From contig CAMGFF010000001.1 of NCBI GenBank assembly GCA_946055125.1, forward strand, positions 1 through 24,282: 24,282 nucleotides of DNA. The letters run 5' to 3'. The stretch comes from an uncultured Prevotellaceae bacterium. GTDB lineage: Bacteria; Bacteroidota; Bacteroidia; Bacteroidales; Muribaculaceae. The position numbers and the translations under genes were made by a program. The notes under the pieces are model-generated. The model worked only from the letters and a program-made list of their open reading frames with translations, was not told the origin of the DNA and ran no database searches. Shown in pieces: positions 9,003-16,690 of this stretch (its first letter is position 1; each line of letters opens with the position of its first letter).

Positions 9003-9902
9003 ATGACAATAAAGAAAATATTCAGCATTATCTTGCTGCTCGCCACTATCACGGCCACCGCAGTGGCATGCTCGGGCAGCAGCGACGATGGCGGCAAGAA
9101 GGACGACCCCACAGCCGGCGACCCCGTGAACACCTTCTTCAACGACGAGGTGCGACCGCCGGTGTCGCAGCAGTGCTTCGCCGGAGCCTACTACCGCAAG
9201 GTGGTGTCGAGCAACGACCTGTGGCTTGGAATCACCGGCACGGTGGTGCTTCCCACCATCGACTTCGACGCCGACCGCGCCAATCCCTCCAAGCCGGGGC
9301 AGTATCTCGACAATCCCTCGGTGTATCTTGGCGGCACAATGGGCGGCCAGGAGACCGACATAGGCCTCACCTGGGAGGTGGTGAAGGAGAATGGCGTGGT
9401 GAGCGCCGAGCGCAAGGCATTCCGCCCCTTCATGCGCCGCACGTCGCACGCCAGCGGACAAAGCGCCAACTACTCCAATGCGCCCGCCGAGGAACGCTAC
9501 TACTGGTATCCCGGCGATATTGTGACCATCAGCATTGAGGTGGCAGAGGAGGGGAAGGTGCACTTCACCGTTGACGGCGCCGGAAAGCGCTATGAGACCG
9601 ACTATGAGTGCGCCGGCTACAAGCCCGGCTACCGTGGCGTGTTTAAGCGAGTGAACGCCATCGACCAGGTGGCAAATGAGGGCAAGCCCGTGCAGGCCAC
9701 CAAGACGCGCGTGAATGGCGCGAAGTGGCAGGACAGCTACCTGCTGCGCCAATATGAGGGCAAGGTGGTGAAGTGCCCCCTCCACAAGGGACGTTTCACC
9801 GACATGCGTTGCCCCGAAACGAAATACTTCAACATCACTGCAACCGAAGCCGAGAGCGACCGCGGCGGCGAGACAATCACCATAAGCGGAGCCGGATTTT
9901 AG
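9003..9902 (+). CDS. Uncharacterised surface lipoprotein, YrpD-like / ConA-jelly-roll-like
   Basis: Lipobox AVA-C-SGSSDDGG. Motifs PSVYLGG..GQETDIGLTW, FRPFMR, YPGDIVTISI and FKRVNAI parallel, from memory, the Bacillus YrpD family. The CDS is clear; the family call is tentative. Confidence 0.6.
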   Translation: MTIKKIFSIILLLATITATAVACSGSSDDGGKKDDPTAGDPVNTFFNDEVRPPVSQQCFAGAYYRKVVSSNDLWLGITGTVVLPTIDFDADRANPSKPGQYLDNPSVYLGGTMGGQETDIGLTWEVVKENGVVSAERKAFRPFMRRTSHASGQSANYSNAPAEERYYWYPGDIVTISIEVAEEGKVHFTVDGAGKRYETDYECAGYKPGYRGVFKRVNAIDQVANEGKPVQATKTRVNGAKWQDSYLLRQYEGKVVKCPLHKGRFTDMRCPETKYFNITATEAESDRGGETITISGAGF

Positions 9903-9919
9903 AAATTTTTCAAGAAAAG

Positions 9920-11065
9920 ATGAAGAAATTAGGACTTTTTGTGTGGGCTGTCGGCGTGGCAGCCATGGGGCTGCTGTCGTGCAGCTGCTCAAGCGATAAC
10001 GAAGAGAATGGCACTCCTCCGCCCGACCCTGTGGAGACGACTCTGCCCTTTGCCGGCACTTGGGTGACCAATGTGGCGAGCGACGCGCTCAACTCGCGCG
10101 AGGAGATAGCAAAGGTGGTAGAAACGTGCTCGCAGAGCCGCATCAACAACATCTTCGTGGTGGTGTGGAACAATGGCCGCACCATTTATCCCAGCAAGAT
10201 AATGAACGACCTTATCGGCATTGAGATTGCCGAGAAGTTTGCCGGCCGCGACCCGCTCAAGGAGATGATTGAGGAGGCGCACAAGAAGAACATCAAGGTG
10301 CACGCCTGGATGGAATATGGCTTCGCGGCATCCAACAACCGCAACGGCGGTGAGATTATCGCCGCCAAGCCCGGCTGGAAGGCCCTTGATGCCGAGGGCA
10401 AGCTGCTCACCAAGAATGGCTTTGAGTGGATGAATGCCATGATGCCCGAGGTGCAGGACTTCATGATTTCGCTCGCCGTGGAGATAGCCTCCAACTACGA
10501 CGTGGATGGCATTCAGGGCGACGACCGCCTGCCAGCAATGCCCACCACCGGCGGTTATGATGCCTACACCCGCAAGCTCTATGCCGACGAGCACAATGGG
10601 GCCGAGCCTCCTGCCGACTACAAGAACTCCGAGTGGGTCGACTGGCGTGCCGCGAAGCTCACCGAGTTTATGGGACGCTTCTACAAGGCAGTGAAGGCAG
10701 TGAAGCCGGGCATCACGGTGTCGAATGCTCCGAGCATTCACCCCTGGGCCAAGACGGAGTATCTCCAGGACTGGCCGTCGTGGCTCGAGAAGGGCTACAC
10801 CGACATGGTGATACCGCAGGTGTATCGCTACGACATCGATGCCTACAATTCCACCCTTGAGCAGCAGCTCAAGTATCTGCAGGCCAAGGACCGAAGCAAG
10901 TTCTATCCCGGAATGTTGATACAGAATGGCACCTATAATCCCACTGAGGATTTCCTCAATAAGATGATAGAGACCAACCGCCGCAATGGCATAGTGGGAG
11001 AGTCGTTCTGGTTCTATGAGGGAGTGAAAAAGTTCCCGGAGTTTTTCAACAGCTACCACAAGTAG
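9920..11065 (+). CDS. GHL10/DUF187 (YddW/DigH-like) TIM-barrel glycoside hydrolase, lipoprotein
   Basis: True start ATG 9920 (MKKLGLF...LLS-C-SCSSDNEE), not 9773, which overlaps the upstream gene. Motifs GTWVT, RDPLKEMIEEAHKKNIKVHAW, NAMMPEVQDF, YDVDGIQGDD, IPQVY. Confidence 0.85.
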   Translation: MKKLGLFVWAVGVAAMGLLSCSCSSDNEENGTPPPDPVETTLPFAGTWVTNVASDALNSREEIAKVVETCSQSRINNIFVVVWNNGRTIYPSKIMNDLIGIEIAEKFAGRDPLKEMIEEAHKKNIKVHAWMEYGFAASNNRNGGEIIAAKPGWKALDAEGKLLTKNGFEWMNAMMPEVQDFMISLAVEIASNYDVDGIQGDDRLPAMPTTGGYDAYTRKLYADEHNGAEPPADYKNSEWVDWRAAKLTEFMGRFYKAVKAVKPGITVSNAPSIHPWAKTEYLQDWPSWLEKGYTDMVIPQVYRYDIDAYNSTLEQQLKYLQAKDRSKFYPGMLIQNGTYNPTEDFLNKMIETNRRNGIVGESFWFYEGVKKFPEFFNSYHK

Positions 11066-11127
11066 CGTTCAGCGTTTATAGTTTATAGTTTATCATTGTG
11101 GCTCATAGCCCAAAAAATTGATTATCA

Positions 11128-12465
11128 ATGAAAAAGATTATTTTAGCAGCAATAGCACTGGTGGCGTGCTTTGCGGCAGCTCACGCTGCCCCAAGGAAAG
11201 CCGCCGGCGTGCAGGAGAGACCGAAACTTATGTGGTTCGACCTCTCGGCCAACTGGGCGCGTTTCAGCAGCGCCGACTCAATAGAATATTATGTGGAAAA
11301 GTGCCGCGAGGCGGGCTTCAATCACCTCATTGTCGACGTGAAGGGCACGGCAAGCGAAGTGGCTTATCCCAGCGAGGTGGCTCCGCGCCTCACCTCGTGG
11401 AAGGGCGTTACGCGCCCCGATGGCTACGACTTCTTGCAGCTCTTCATCGATGCGGCCCACCGCCGCGGCATGAAGGTGCTTGCGTCGTTCAACGTGTTCT
11501 GCGAGGGACACGGCTTGTTTAAGAAAGGCATCACCTACAACGTGCACAGCGACTGGCAGTCGATCAACTATGTGCCTGGCAAGGGACTTGTGCCAACCAC
11601 CGAGATTGAGGGCAAGGCCACTATGTTCACCAATCCCGCGCTGCCGGCAGTGCAGGAATATGAGCGCTCCATACTGGTGGAATGTGTCACTAAGTATGCT
11701 GTGGATGGCGTGATGCTCGACCGCACGCGCTACGACGGCCTGCAGAGCGACTTCAGCGACTTCTCCCGCAAGGCGTTTGAGAAATACATCGGCAAGAAGC
11801 TCGACCGCTTCCCCGAGGACGTGCTGGAGTGGGTGAAGAAGCCCGATGGCAGCTACACCCGCAAGGAGGGAAAGTGGTTCAAGCAGTGGATAGAGTGGCG
11901 TGCCGGCGTGATCTATGGCTTCTTCAAGGACACACGCAAGGCCCTGAAGAAAGTTCGCCCCGATGCCATCTTCGCGGCCTACACGGGAGCCTGGTATCCC
12001 TCCTACTATGAGGTGGGAGCCAACTGGGCAAGCAGCAGCTACGACCCCTGCAAGGACTTCGACTGGGCAACTCCACGCTACCGCAAATATGCCTACGGCG
12101 ACCTGCTCGACCTCTACACCAACGGCAACTACTACTGGAACGTGACACTGGAGGAATACCGCAAGTCGAGCGGAACCTACAAGAATGAGACCGACAGCGA
12201 GATCTCGCGCGGCGAGCACCTGTGTGTGGAAGGCGGCTGCAAATACACACGCCGCCTGCTGGGCAAGAAGAAATTCTGCGGCGGAATCTATGTGGAGGAC
12301 TACAAAAGCGACGTGAACCAGTTCAAGAAAGCCGTGAAGATGAACCTGCGCGAGAGCGACGGGCTGATGGTCTTCGACATCGTGCACATCATCAACCGAG
12401 GCTGGTGGCAGGCTCTCGCCGATGCGGTGCGCGAGGGTGAGGCCGAGATGACGCAAACCAAATAA
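11128..12465 (+). CDS. Second GHL10/DUF187-like TIM-barrel glycoside hydrolase, cleavable signal peptide
   Basis: Type I signal peptide (AAHA|AP); LMWFD, IVDVKG, YDFLQLFIDAAHRRGMKV, FTNPALPAVQEY, YAVDGVMLDRTRY, GLMVFD. Confidence 0.8.
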   Translation: MKKIILAAIALVACFAAAHAAPRKAAGVQERPKLMWFDLSANWARFSSADSIEYYVEKCREAGFNHLIVDVKGTASEVAYPSEVAPRLTSWKGVTRPDGYDFLQLFIDAAHRRGMKVLASFNVFCEGHGLFKKGITYNVHSDWQSINYVPGKGLVPTTEIEGKATMFTNPALPAVQEYERSILVECVTKYAVDGVMLDRTRYDGLQSDFSDFSRKAFEKYIGKKLDRFPEDVLEWVKKPDGSYTRKEGKWFKQWIEWRAGVIYGFFKDTRKALKKVRPDAIFAAYTGAWYPSYYEVGANWASSSYDPCKDFDWATPRYRKYAYGDLLDLYTNGNYYWNVTLEEYRKSSGTYKNETDSEISRGEHLCVEGGCKYTRRLLGKKKFCGGIYVEDYKSDVNQFKKAVKMNLRESDGLMVFDIVHIINRGWWQALADAVREGEAEMTQTK

Positions 12466-12480
12466 CCCATGCCGGCTGCG

Positions 12481-13896
12481 ATGAAACCACTAAGAGCTTT
12501 TTCACTCGACGCGCTGCGCGGCTATGCCATCCTCACCATGGTACTCTCGGGGCAGATAGCCTCGGGGGTGCTGCCGGCGTGGATGTATCACGCGCAGGTG
12601 GGGCCGCGCTCGGGCGGCGCCTTCGACCCCTCGTGGGTGGGAATCACCTGGGTTGACCTGGTGTTCCCCTTCTTCCTCTTTGCCATGGGAGCCGCGTTCC
12701 CATTCTCGCTCGGCGGCAAGCTCGAGCGCGGGGTGAGCAAGTGGCGGCTGGTGTGGCAGAGCCTGATGCGCTGCCTGCGGCTGGCCTTCTTCGCCATCTT
12801 CATTCAGCACGCCTATCCCCACTCGCTCTCGCAGCCGCAGGACGTGCGCTCGTGGTGCCTGGCACTGGTGGGCTTCGCGCTGCTGCTGCCCATGTTCACG
12901 CGCATCAAGGCTGCGTGGCCGCAATGGGTGAAGTGGGCGATTGAGCTCGGCGGCTATGCGGCGGCGCTGGCGTTCCTCCTCACGGCAGACTATGCCGGCG
13001 ACCGCACCTTCGGCCTCGGCTACAGCAACATCATCATTCTGGTGCTTGCCAACATGGCCTTCTTTGGCTCGGTGGCCTACATAGCCACCTGGCGGCGACC
13101 GCTGGCACGACTGGCCCTGCTGCCCTTTGTGATGGCCATATTGCTGGGCAGCAGCACCGAGGGCTCGTGGCAAGCATGGCTCATGCAGGCCTCGCCCGCG
13201 CCATGGCTCTACCGCTTCCTGTTCCTGAAGTACCTCTTCATTGTGCTTCCCGGTACCATTGCCGGCGAGTGGATGAAGAAGTGGCTGCTTGAGCGGCAGC
13301 AGCTCACTCCCGGTGCCGCCGCCACACCGGCGGGCATTGCCGCTGCCACCGCACTGCTGAGCCTTGCGCTCATTGTGTGCAACCTCTATGGCCTCTACAC
13401 GCGCGAGCTGGCGCTCAACCTCGCCCTCACAGCCGCCTTGCTCGCGGCGCTGTGGGTGGTGGTGCGCCGTGTGAGCGGCTCCGAGCACACCTACTGGCTC
13501 CGCCTGCTCAAGGCCGGCGCCTACCTGCTCATGCTGGGACTATTCTTTGAGGCATTTGAGGGCGGAATACGCAAAGACCCATCGACATTCAGCTACTACT
13601 TCGTGACATCGGGGCTGGCGTGCTTCGCGCTGATTGCCCTGAGCGTGGTGTGCGACATCTACCGCACCTGCGGCTGGACCCGCGTGCTCGAAATGCCCGG
13701 GCAGAACCCCATGGTGGCCTATGTGGCGCCGCAGCTACTGGTGCTGCCGCTCATCAACCTTGCCGGACTTGGTCCATGGCTCAACAGCCTGTGCGACACC
13801 CCCTTTGAGGGGCTCATGCGCGGCGTGATAGTCACCGCCCTTGCCATGGCCGTAGCCTCGCTCTTCACCGCCCGCCGCTGGATGTGGCGCACATAG
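12481..13896 (+). CDS. HGSNAT/NagX-like (DUF5009) polytopic membrane N-acetyltransferase
   Basis: RAFSLDALRG, WMYHAQ, GITWVDLVFPFFLFAMG, IRKDPSTFSYYFVTSG and GQNPMVAY motifs; many hydrophobic helices. Alternative start at 12469. Confidence 0.85.
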   Translation: MKPLRAFSLDALRGYAILTMVLSGQIASGVLPAWMYHAQVGPRSGGAFDPSWVGITWVDLVFPFFLFAMGAAFPFSLGGKLERGVSKWRLVWQSLMRCLRLAFFAIFIQHAYPHSLSQPQDVRSWCLALVGFALLLPMFTRIKAAWPQWVKWAIELGGYAAALAFLLTADYAGDRTFGLGYSNIIILVLANMAFFGSVAYIATWRRPLARLALLPFVMAILLGSSTEGSWQAWLMQASPAPWLYRFLFLKYLFIVLPGTIAGEWMKKWLLERQQLTPGAAATPAGIAAATALLSLALIVCNLYGLYTRELALNLALTAALLAALWVVVRRVSGSEHTYWLRLLKAGAYLLMLGLFFEAFEGGIRKDPSTFSYYFVTSGLACFALIALSVVCDIYRTCGWTRVLEMPGQNPMVAYVAPQLLVLPLINLAGLGPWLNSLCDTPFEGLMRGVIVTALAMAVASLFTARRWMWRT

Positions 13897-13935
13897 CCCG
13901 GCACCCCATTCAGTAGTGGATTTGGTGGAAGGATG

Positions 13936-13973
13936 AAAAAAATAGGAGAGGATTTGTGAACAAATCCTCTCCT
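13936..13973 (-). terminator. Intrinsic terminator for tRNA-Leu; may also end the convergent PUL transcript
   Basis: Perfect 13-bp stem AGGAGAGGATTTG / CAAATCCTCTCCT (13944-13973) with a 4-nt loop; A7 at 13936-13942 gives a U-tract on the minus strand. Confidence 0.85.
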
Positions 13974-13981
13974 TGTGTGTG

Positions 13982-14064
13982 TGCCCGAGATCGGAGTCGA
14001 ACCGATACGGATGTTACTCCACTGGTACCTGAAACCAGCGCGTCTGCCATTTCGCCACCCGGGC
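13982..14064 (-). tRNA. tRNA-Leu (anticodon CAG)
   Basis: Minus strand reads GCCCGGGTGGCGAAATGGCAGACGCGCTGGTTTCAGGTACCAGTGGAGTAACATCCGTATCGGTTCGACTCCGATCTCGGGCA. Acceptor stem, CTGGT/ACCAG anticodon stem with TT-CAG-GT loop, long variable arm and GTTCGA T-loop are all present; CCA is not encoded. Confidence 0.97.
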
Positions 14065-14104
14065 ATCGTGGTGTGAAATGCCACCTTTCGGTGGATTACG
14101 GGTG

Positions 14105-14137
14105 CAAAGGTAGGAAAAATTTTTGAGATACACCAAG
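14105..14137 (-). promoter_or_regulatory. Promoter for tRNA-Leu
   Basis: Minus strand CTTG (14137-14134), 21-bp spacer, TACCTTTG (14112-14105), about 40 bp upstream of the tRNA. Confidence 0.7.
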
Positions 14138-14180
14138 TTTTTTGGTGATTTTTTCAGAAAAATTTTTCGAGTGTGGGCGG

Positions 14181-15248
14181 TCAGGGGTGGAGCTTCACGA
14201 GCGTTGCGCCGAAGCCGTACTCGCGGAAGCTGGCATCCTGAGCCTCACAGCGTGGGTACTTGCGGCGCAGCTCGTCGAGCAGCGCCTTGCGGAGCACTCC
14301 CTCGCCCTTGCCGTGGATAAAGACCACTTTTGCGCCGGGGCGGCGCAGGTTCTCGCGCATCACCTCGTGGAACTTGTCCAGCTGGAGCTGGAGCATGTCG
14401 GCGTTGCTCATTCCGGCTGTGGTGTCGACAAGCTCGGTGATGTGGAGGTCGCACTCAATGATTTCGCCCTTTGTCTTGGCGTGCTTCTCCACGGGGCGGC
14501 GCGAGGGGCGGTCGGCGGCGCGTTTCTGCTGCATGGCACGCTCAAGGTCGCCGCTGTCGATAACGAGTTGCTTGGCTGGGCGGTCGTTTCGCACCACGTC
14601 GAGGGCGATAACCGGGGAGTCGAAGTACTCGCAATCGTGGAAACAGTGTATCTTGTAGAATTTGGTGGTGTCGAGGCGGTGCTCCACGAGGGCTGGGTTC
14701 TTGAGCTTGAAGTCCTTGCCGTGCTTGAAGGCGATGTATTGCACAGCCACACGCGACATCTCGGGGAGGTCGCTGTGGTGGAACTCCTCGAGCTGCACCT
14801 GGATGTTAGGCTCCACGATGCCGTGGAAGCGGGTGCGCCACGAGCCCGAGTCGTTGTCGCCGCGTGTCATGTAGGCCACATAGAGGTAGTAGTTGCTGTC
14901 GTTCACGAGGTAGGCGTCGAAGCTGGTGGTGTTGAGGTGGCGCAGCTCGCGGGGCTCGAAAGCGAGCACCACATTGAGGGTGTCGCCCTCCTCGGTTTCC
15001 ACAAGGGGCAGCTCGGTGGGCTGAGGCGCGGCTGGCTTTTTCTCCTCCTTGCTCGGGGCAGGGGCGATGGGGCGGTCGTAGGCAGTGGCTTTGGGCTTAG
15101 AGGCATCGACCACCACACACTCGCGCAGGAGCACGGGCTGCTCGAAACCGTCGGCATCTTCCACGTAGGCCACGTTTCCCTCGATTCGAGAAACACGTCC
15201 GCCTCCTGTGGCGTTCAGGAAGCGGACAATATCATTGACTTTAACCAT
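14181..15248 (-). CDS. DUF2027 + C-terminal Smr-domain protein
   Basis: N-terminal KOW/SH3-like MVKVNDIVRFLNATGGGRV; DUF2027-like core (YLVNDSNYY); Smr domain with CDLH, VVFIHGKGEGVLR and YGFGAT. Confidence 0.9.
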   Translation of the reverse strand: MVKVNDIVRFLNATGGGRVSRIEGNVAYVEDADGFEQPVLLRECVVVDASKPKATAYDRPIAPAPSKEEKKPAAPQPTELPLVETEEGDTLNVVLAFEPRELRHLNTTSFDAYLVNDSNYYLYVAYMTRGDNDSGSWRTRFHGIVEPNIQVQLEEFHHSDLPEMSRVAVQYIAFKHGKDFKLKNPALVEHRLDTTKFYKIHCFHDCEYFDSPVIALDVVRNDRPAKQLVIDSGDLERAMQQKRAADRPSRRPVEKHAKTKGEIIECDLHITELVDTTAGMSNADMLQLQLDKFHEVMRENLRRPGAKVVFIHGKGEGVLRKALLDELRRKYPRCEAQDASFREYGFGATLVKLHP

Positions 15249-15266
15249 TATCTTCTTCTATTGAGA

Positions 15267-16247
15267 TTAGATTGAGAGGCGGCGCAGTGTGTTGAGCAGC
15301 TCGCGGTTGATGGGCTTGTCGTTCTTGATGGCCTTGGAGAAAGGCACATACACGATTTCGTCGTTGCGGATACCGATCATCACATTGCGCTGGTCCTCGA
15401 GGAGGGCATCGACGGCAGCGGCGCCCATGCGCGAGGCGAGGATGCGGTCGGTGGCAGTGGGCGAGCCGCCGCGCTGCAGGTGACCGAGGATGGTGACGCG
15501 CACGTCGTATTGCGGGTACTCATTCTTCACGCGCTCGGCCAGTGTCATGGCTCCGCCGGTGACAGGGCTTTCGGCCACAAGCACGATTGAGGAGTTCTTG
15601 CTCTTGCGGAAGCCATTCTGGATGAGCTCGGCAAGCTGGTCGACCTCGGTTGAGATTTCGGGAATGATAGCGGCCTCGGCTCCGGTGGCGATAGCACCAT
15701 TGAGGGCGAGGAAGCCGGCGTCGCGTCCCATCACCTCGATGAAAAAGAGGCGCTCGTGAGAGGTGGCGGTGTCGCGTATCTTATCCACGCACTCCATGAT
15801 GGTGTTGAGCGCGGTGTCGTAGCCGATGGTCTTGTCGGTGCCGAAGAGGTCGTTGTCGATAGTGCCGGGAAGTCCCACGATGGGGAAATTGTACTCGGAG
15901 GCAAAGATGCGGGCACCGGTGAGAGAGCCGTCGCCGCCAATTACCACAAGGGCGTCGATACCCTCTTTCTTGAGTGTCTCATAGGCCAGCTGGCGGCCTT
16001 CGGGAGTCTGAAACTCCTTGCAGCGGGCGGTCTTGAGGATGGTGCCACCCATTTGGATGATATTCGACACGTTCTGAGTCTTGAACTCCACGATTTCGCC
16101 GGTGACGAGGCCGCGGTATCCGCGATAGATACCCTTCACCTTAAAGCCGCCGAAGATAGCCGAGCGGGTGACCGCGCGAATGGCGGCGTTCATTCCAGGG
16201 GCGTCGCCTCCCGACGTGAGAATACCAATGCAATTAATTCCTGCCAT
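15267..16247 (-). CDS. pfkA: ATP-dependent 6-phosphofructokinase
   Basis: [60 protein letters not shown]. Confidence 0.98.
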   Translation of the reverse strand: MAGINCIGILTSGGDAPGMNAAIRAVTRSAIFGGFKVKGIYRGYRGLVTGEIVEFKTQNVSNIIQMGGTILKTARCKEFQTPEGRQLAYETLKKEGIDALVVIGGDGSLTGARIFASEYNFPIVGLPGTIDNDLFGTDKTIGYDTALNTIMECVDKIRDTATSHERLFFIEVMGRDAGFLALNGAIATGAEAAIIPEISTEVDQLAELIQNGFRKSKNSSIVLVAESPVTGGAMTLAERVKNEYPQYDVRVTILGHLQRGGSPTATDRILASRMGAAAVDALLEDQRNVMIGIRNDEIVYVPFSKAIKNDKPINRELLNTLRRLSI

Positions 16248-16305
16248 AACTTGTGTGTGATTAAGTAAGTGTTAGTATGTGTGAAATTATTTTGTTTCAA
16301 TATTG

Positions 16306-16313
16306 CAAAGGTA
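16306..16313 (-). promoter_or_regulatory. -7 promoter box for pfkA
   Basis: TACCTTTG on the minus strand about 60 bp upstream of the pfkA ATG; no clear -33 box. Confidence 0.6.
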
Positions 16314-16438
16314 AACAAAATTCCTCGTATTATGGCGACTTGCCGCAAAGAAAAATGCAATAAAAATTTAGTGGGTGCCCGAAGAGGGTGCCGGGTGGTG
16401 AAATCAGGTGGAAAAGAGAGCAAGAAAGAGGAGCAAGG

Positions 16439-16454
16439 GCATTGGGCGTGCCAA
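16439..16454 (-). promoter_or_regulatory. Candidate sigma54 (-24/-12) promoter facing pfkA
   Basis: Minus strand TTGGCACGCCCAATGC has GG-N10-GC spacing and a perfect TGGCACG -24 box; the -12 box is ATGC rather than TTGC. Confidence 0.35.
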
Positions 16455-16511
16455 TTCCTTAAAAAATATCAAAAAACGTAGAGATATAATACATATTTAA
16501 TGCAAAAGAAG

Positions 16512-16690
16512 TATCTTTGCAGCAAATAGGCGGCATCTCGGCAAAACCGCTCAAGCAAACTTGGCGATTCTGCGCTCGATTTGCTCTATCTTTGCAGAAA
16601 ATAGGCGGCATCTCGGCAAAACCGCTCAAGCAAACTTGGCGATTCTGCGCTCGATTTGCTCTATCTTTGCAGAAAATAGGCGGCATCTCG
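16512..16690. repeat. 75-bp tandem repeat (2.4 copies) with internal palindromes
   Basis: Units start at 16512, 16587 and 16662; copy 1 differs by a single base (16523). Each unit begins TATCTTTGCAG and contains the imperfect inverted repeat GCAAAACCGCTCAAG-CAAA-CTTGGCGATTCTGC. Confidence 0.95.

Noticed and set aside
9003-9902. G1/neprosin glutamic peptidase call for the YrpD-like lipoprotein
   Set aside because: The fold may be related, but the catalytic Gln/Glu (or Glu/Glu) pair is not evident at the expected motif positions.
9773-9919. 49-aa N-terminal extension of the first GHL10 in the ORF track
   Set aside because: It overlaps the upstream gene, and the lipoprotein signal peptide begins at ATG 9920.
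11074-11093. GTTTATA x 2.9 micro-repeat between the two GHL10 genes
   Set aside because: Too short and AT-rich to support a phase-variation or regulatory claim.
13982-14064. tRNA-Leu as the integration site of a genomic island carrying the PUL
   Set aside because: No integrase and no duplicated tRNA 3' end is visible in the window, and PUL codon usage resembles the housekeeping genes. An att site outside the window cannot be excluded.
16512-16690. Possible CRISPR array
   Set aside because: The units are contiguous and essentially identical with no unique spacers, and there are no cas genes in the window.
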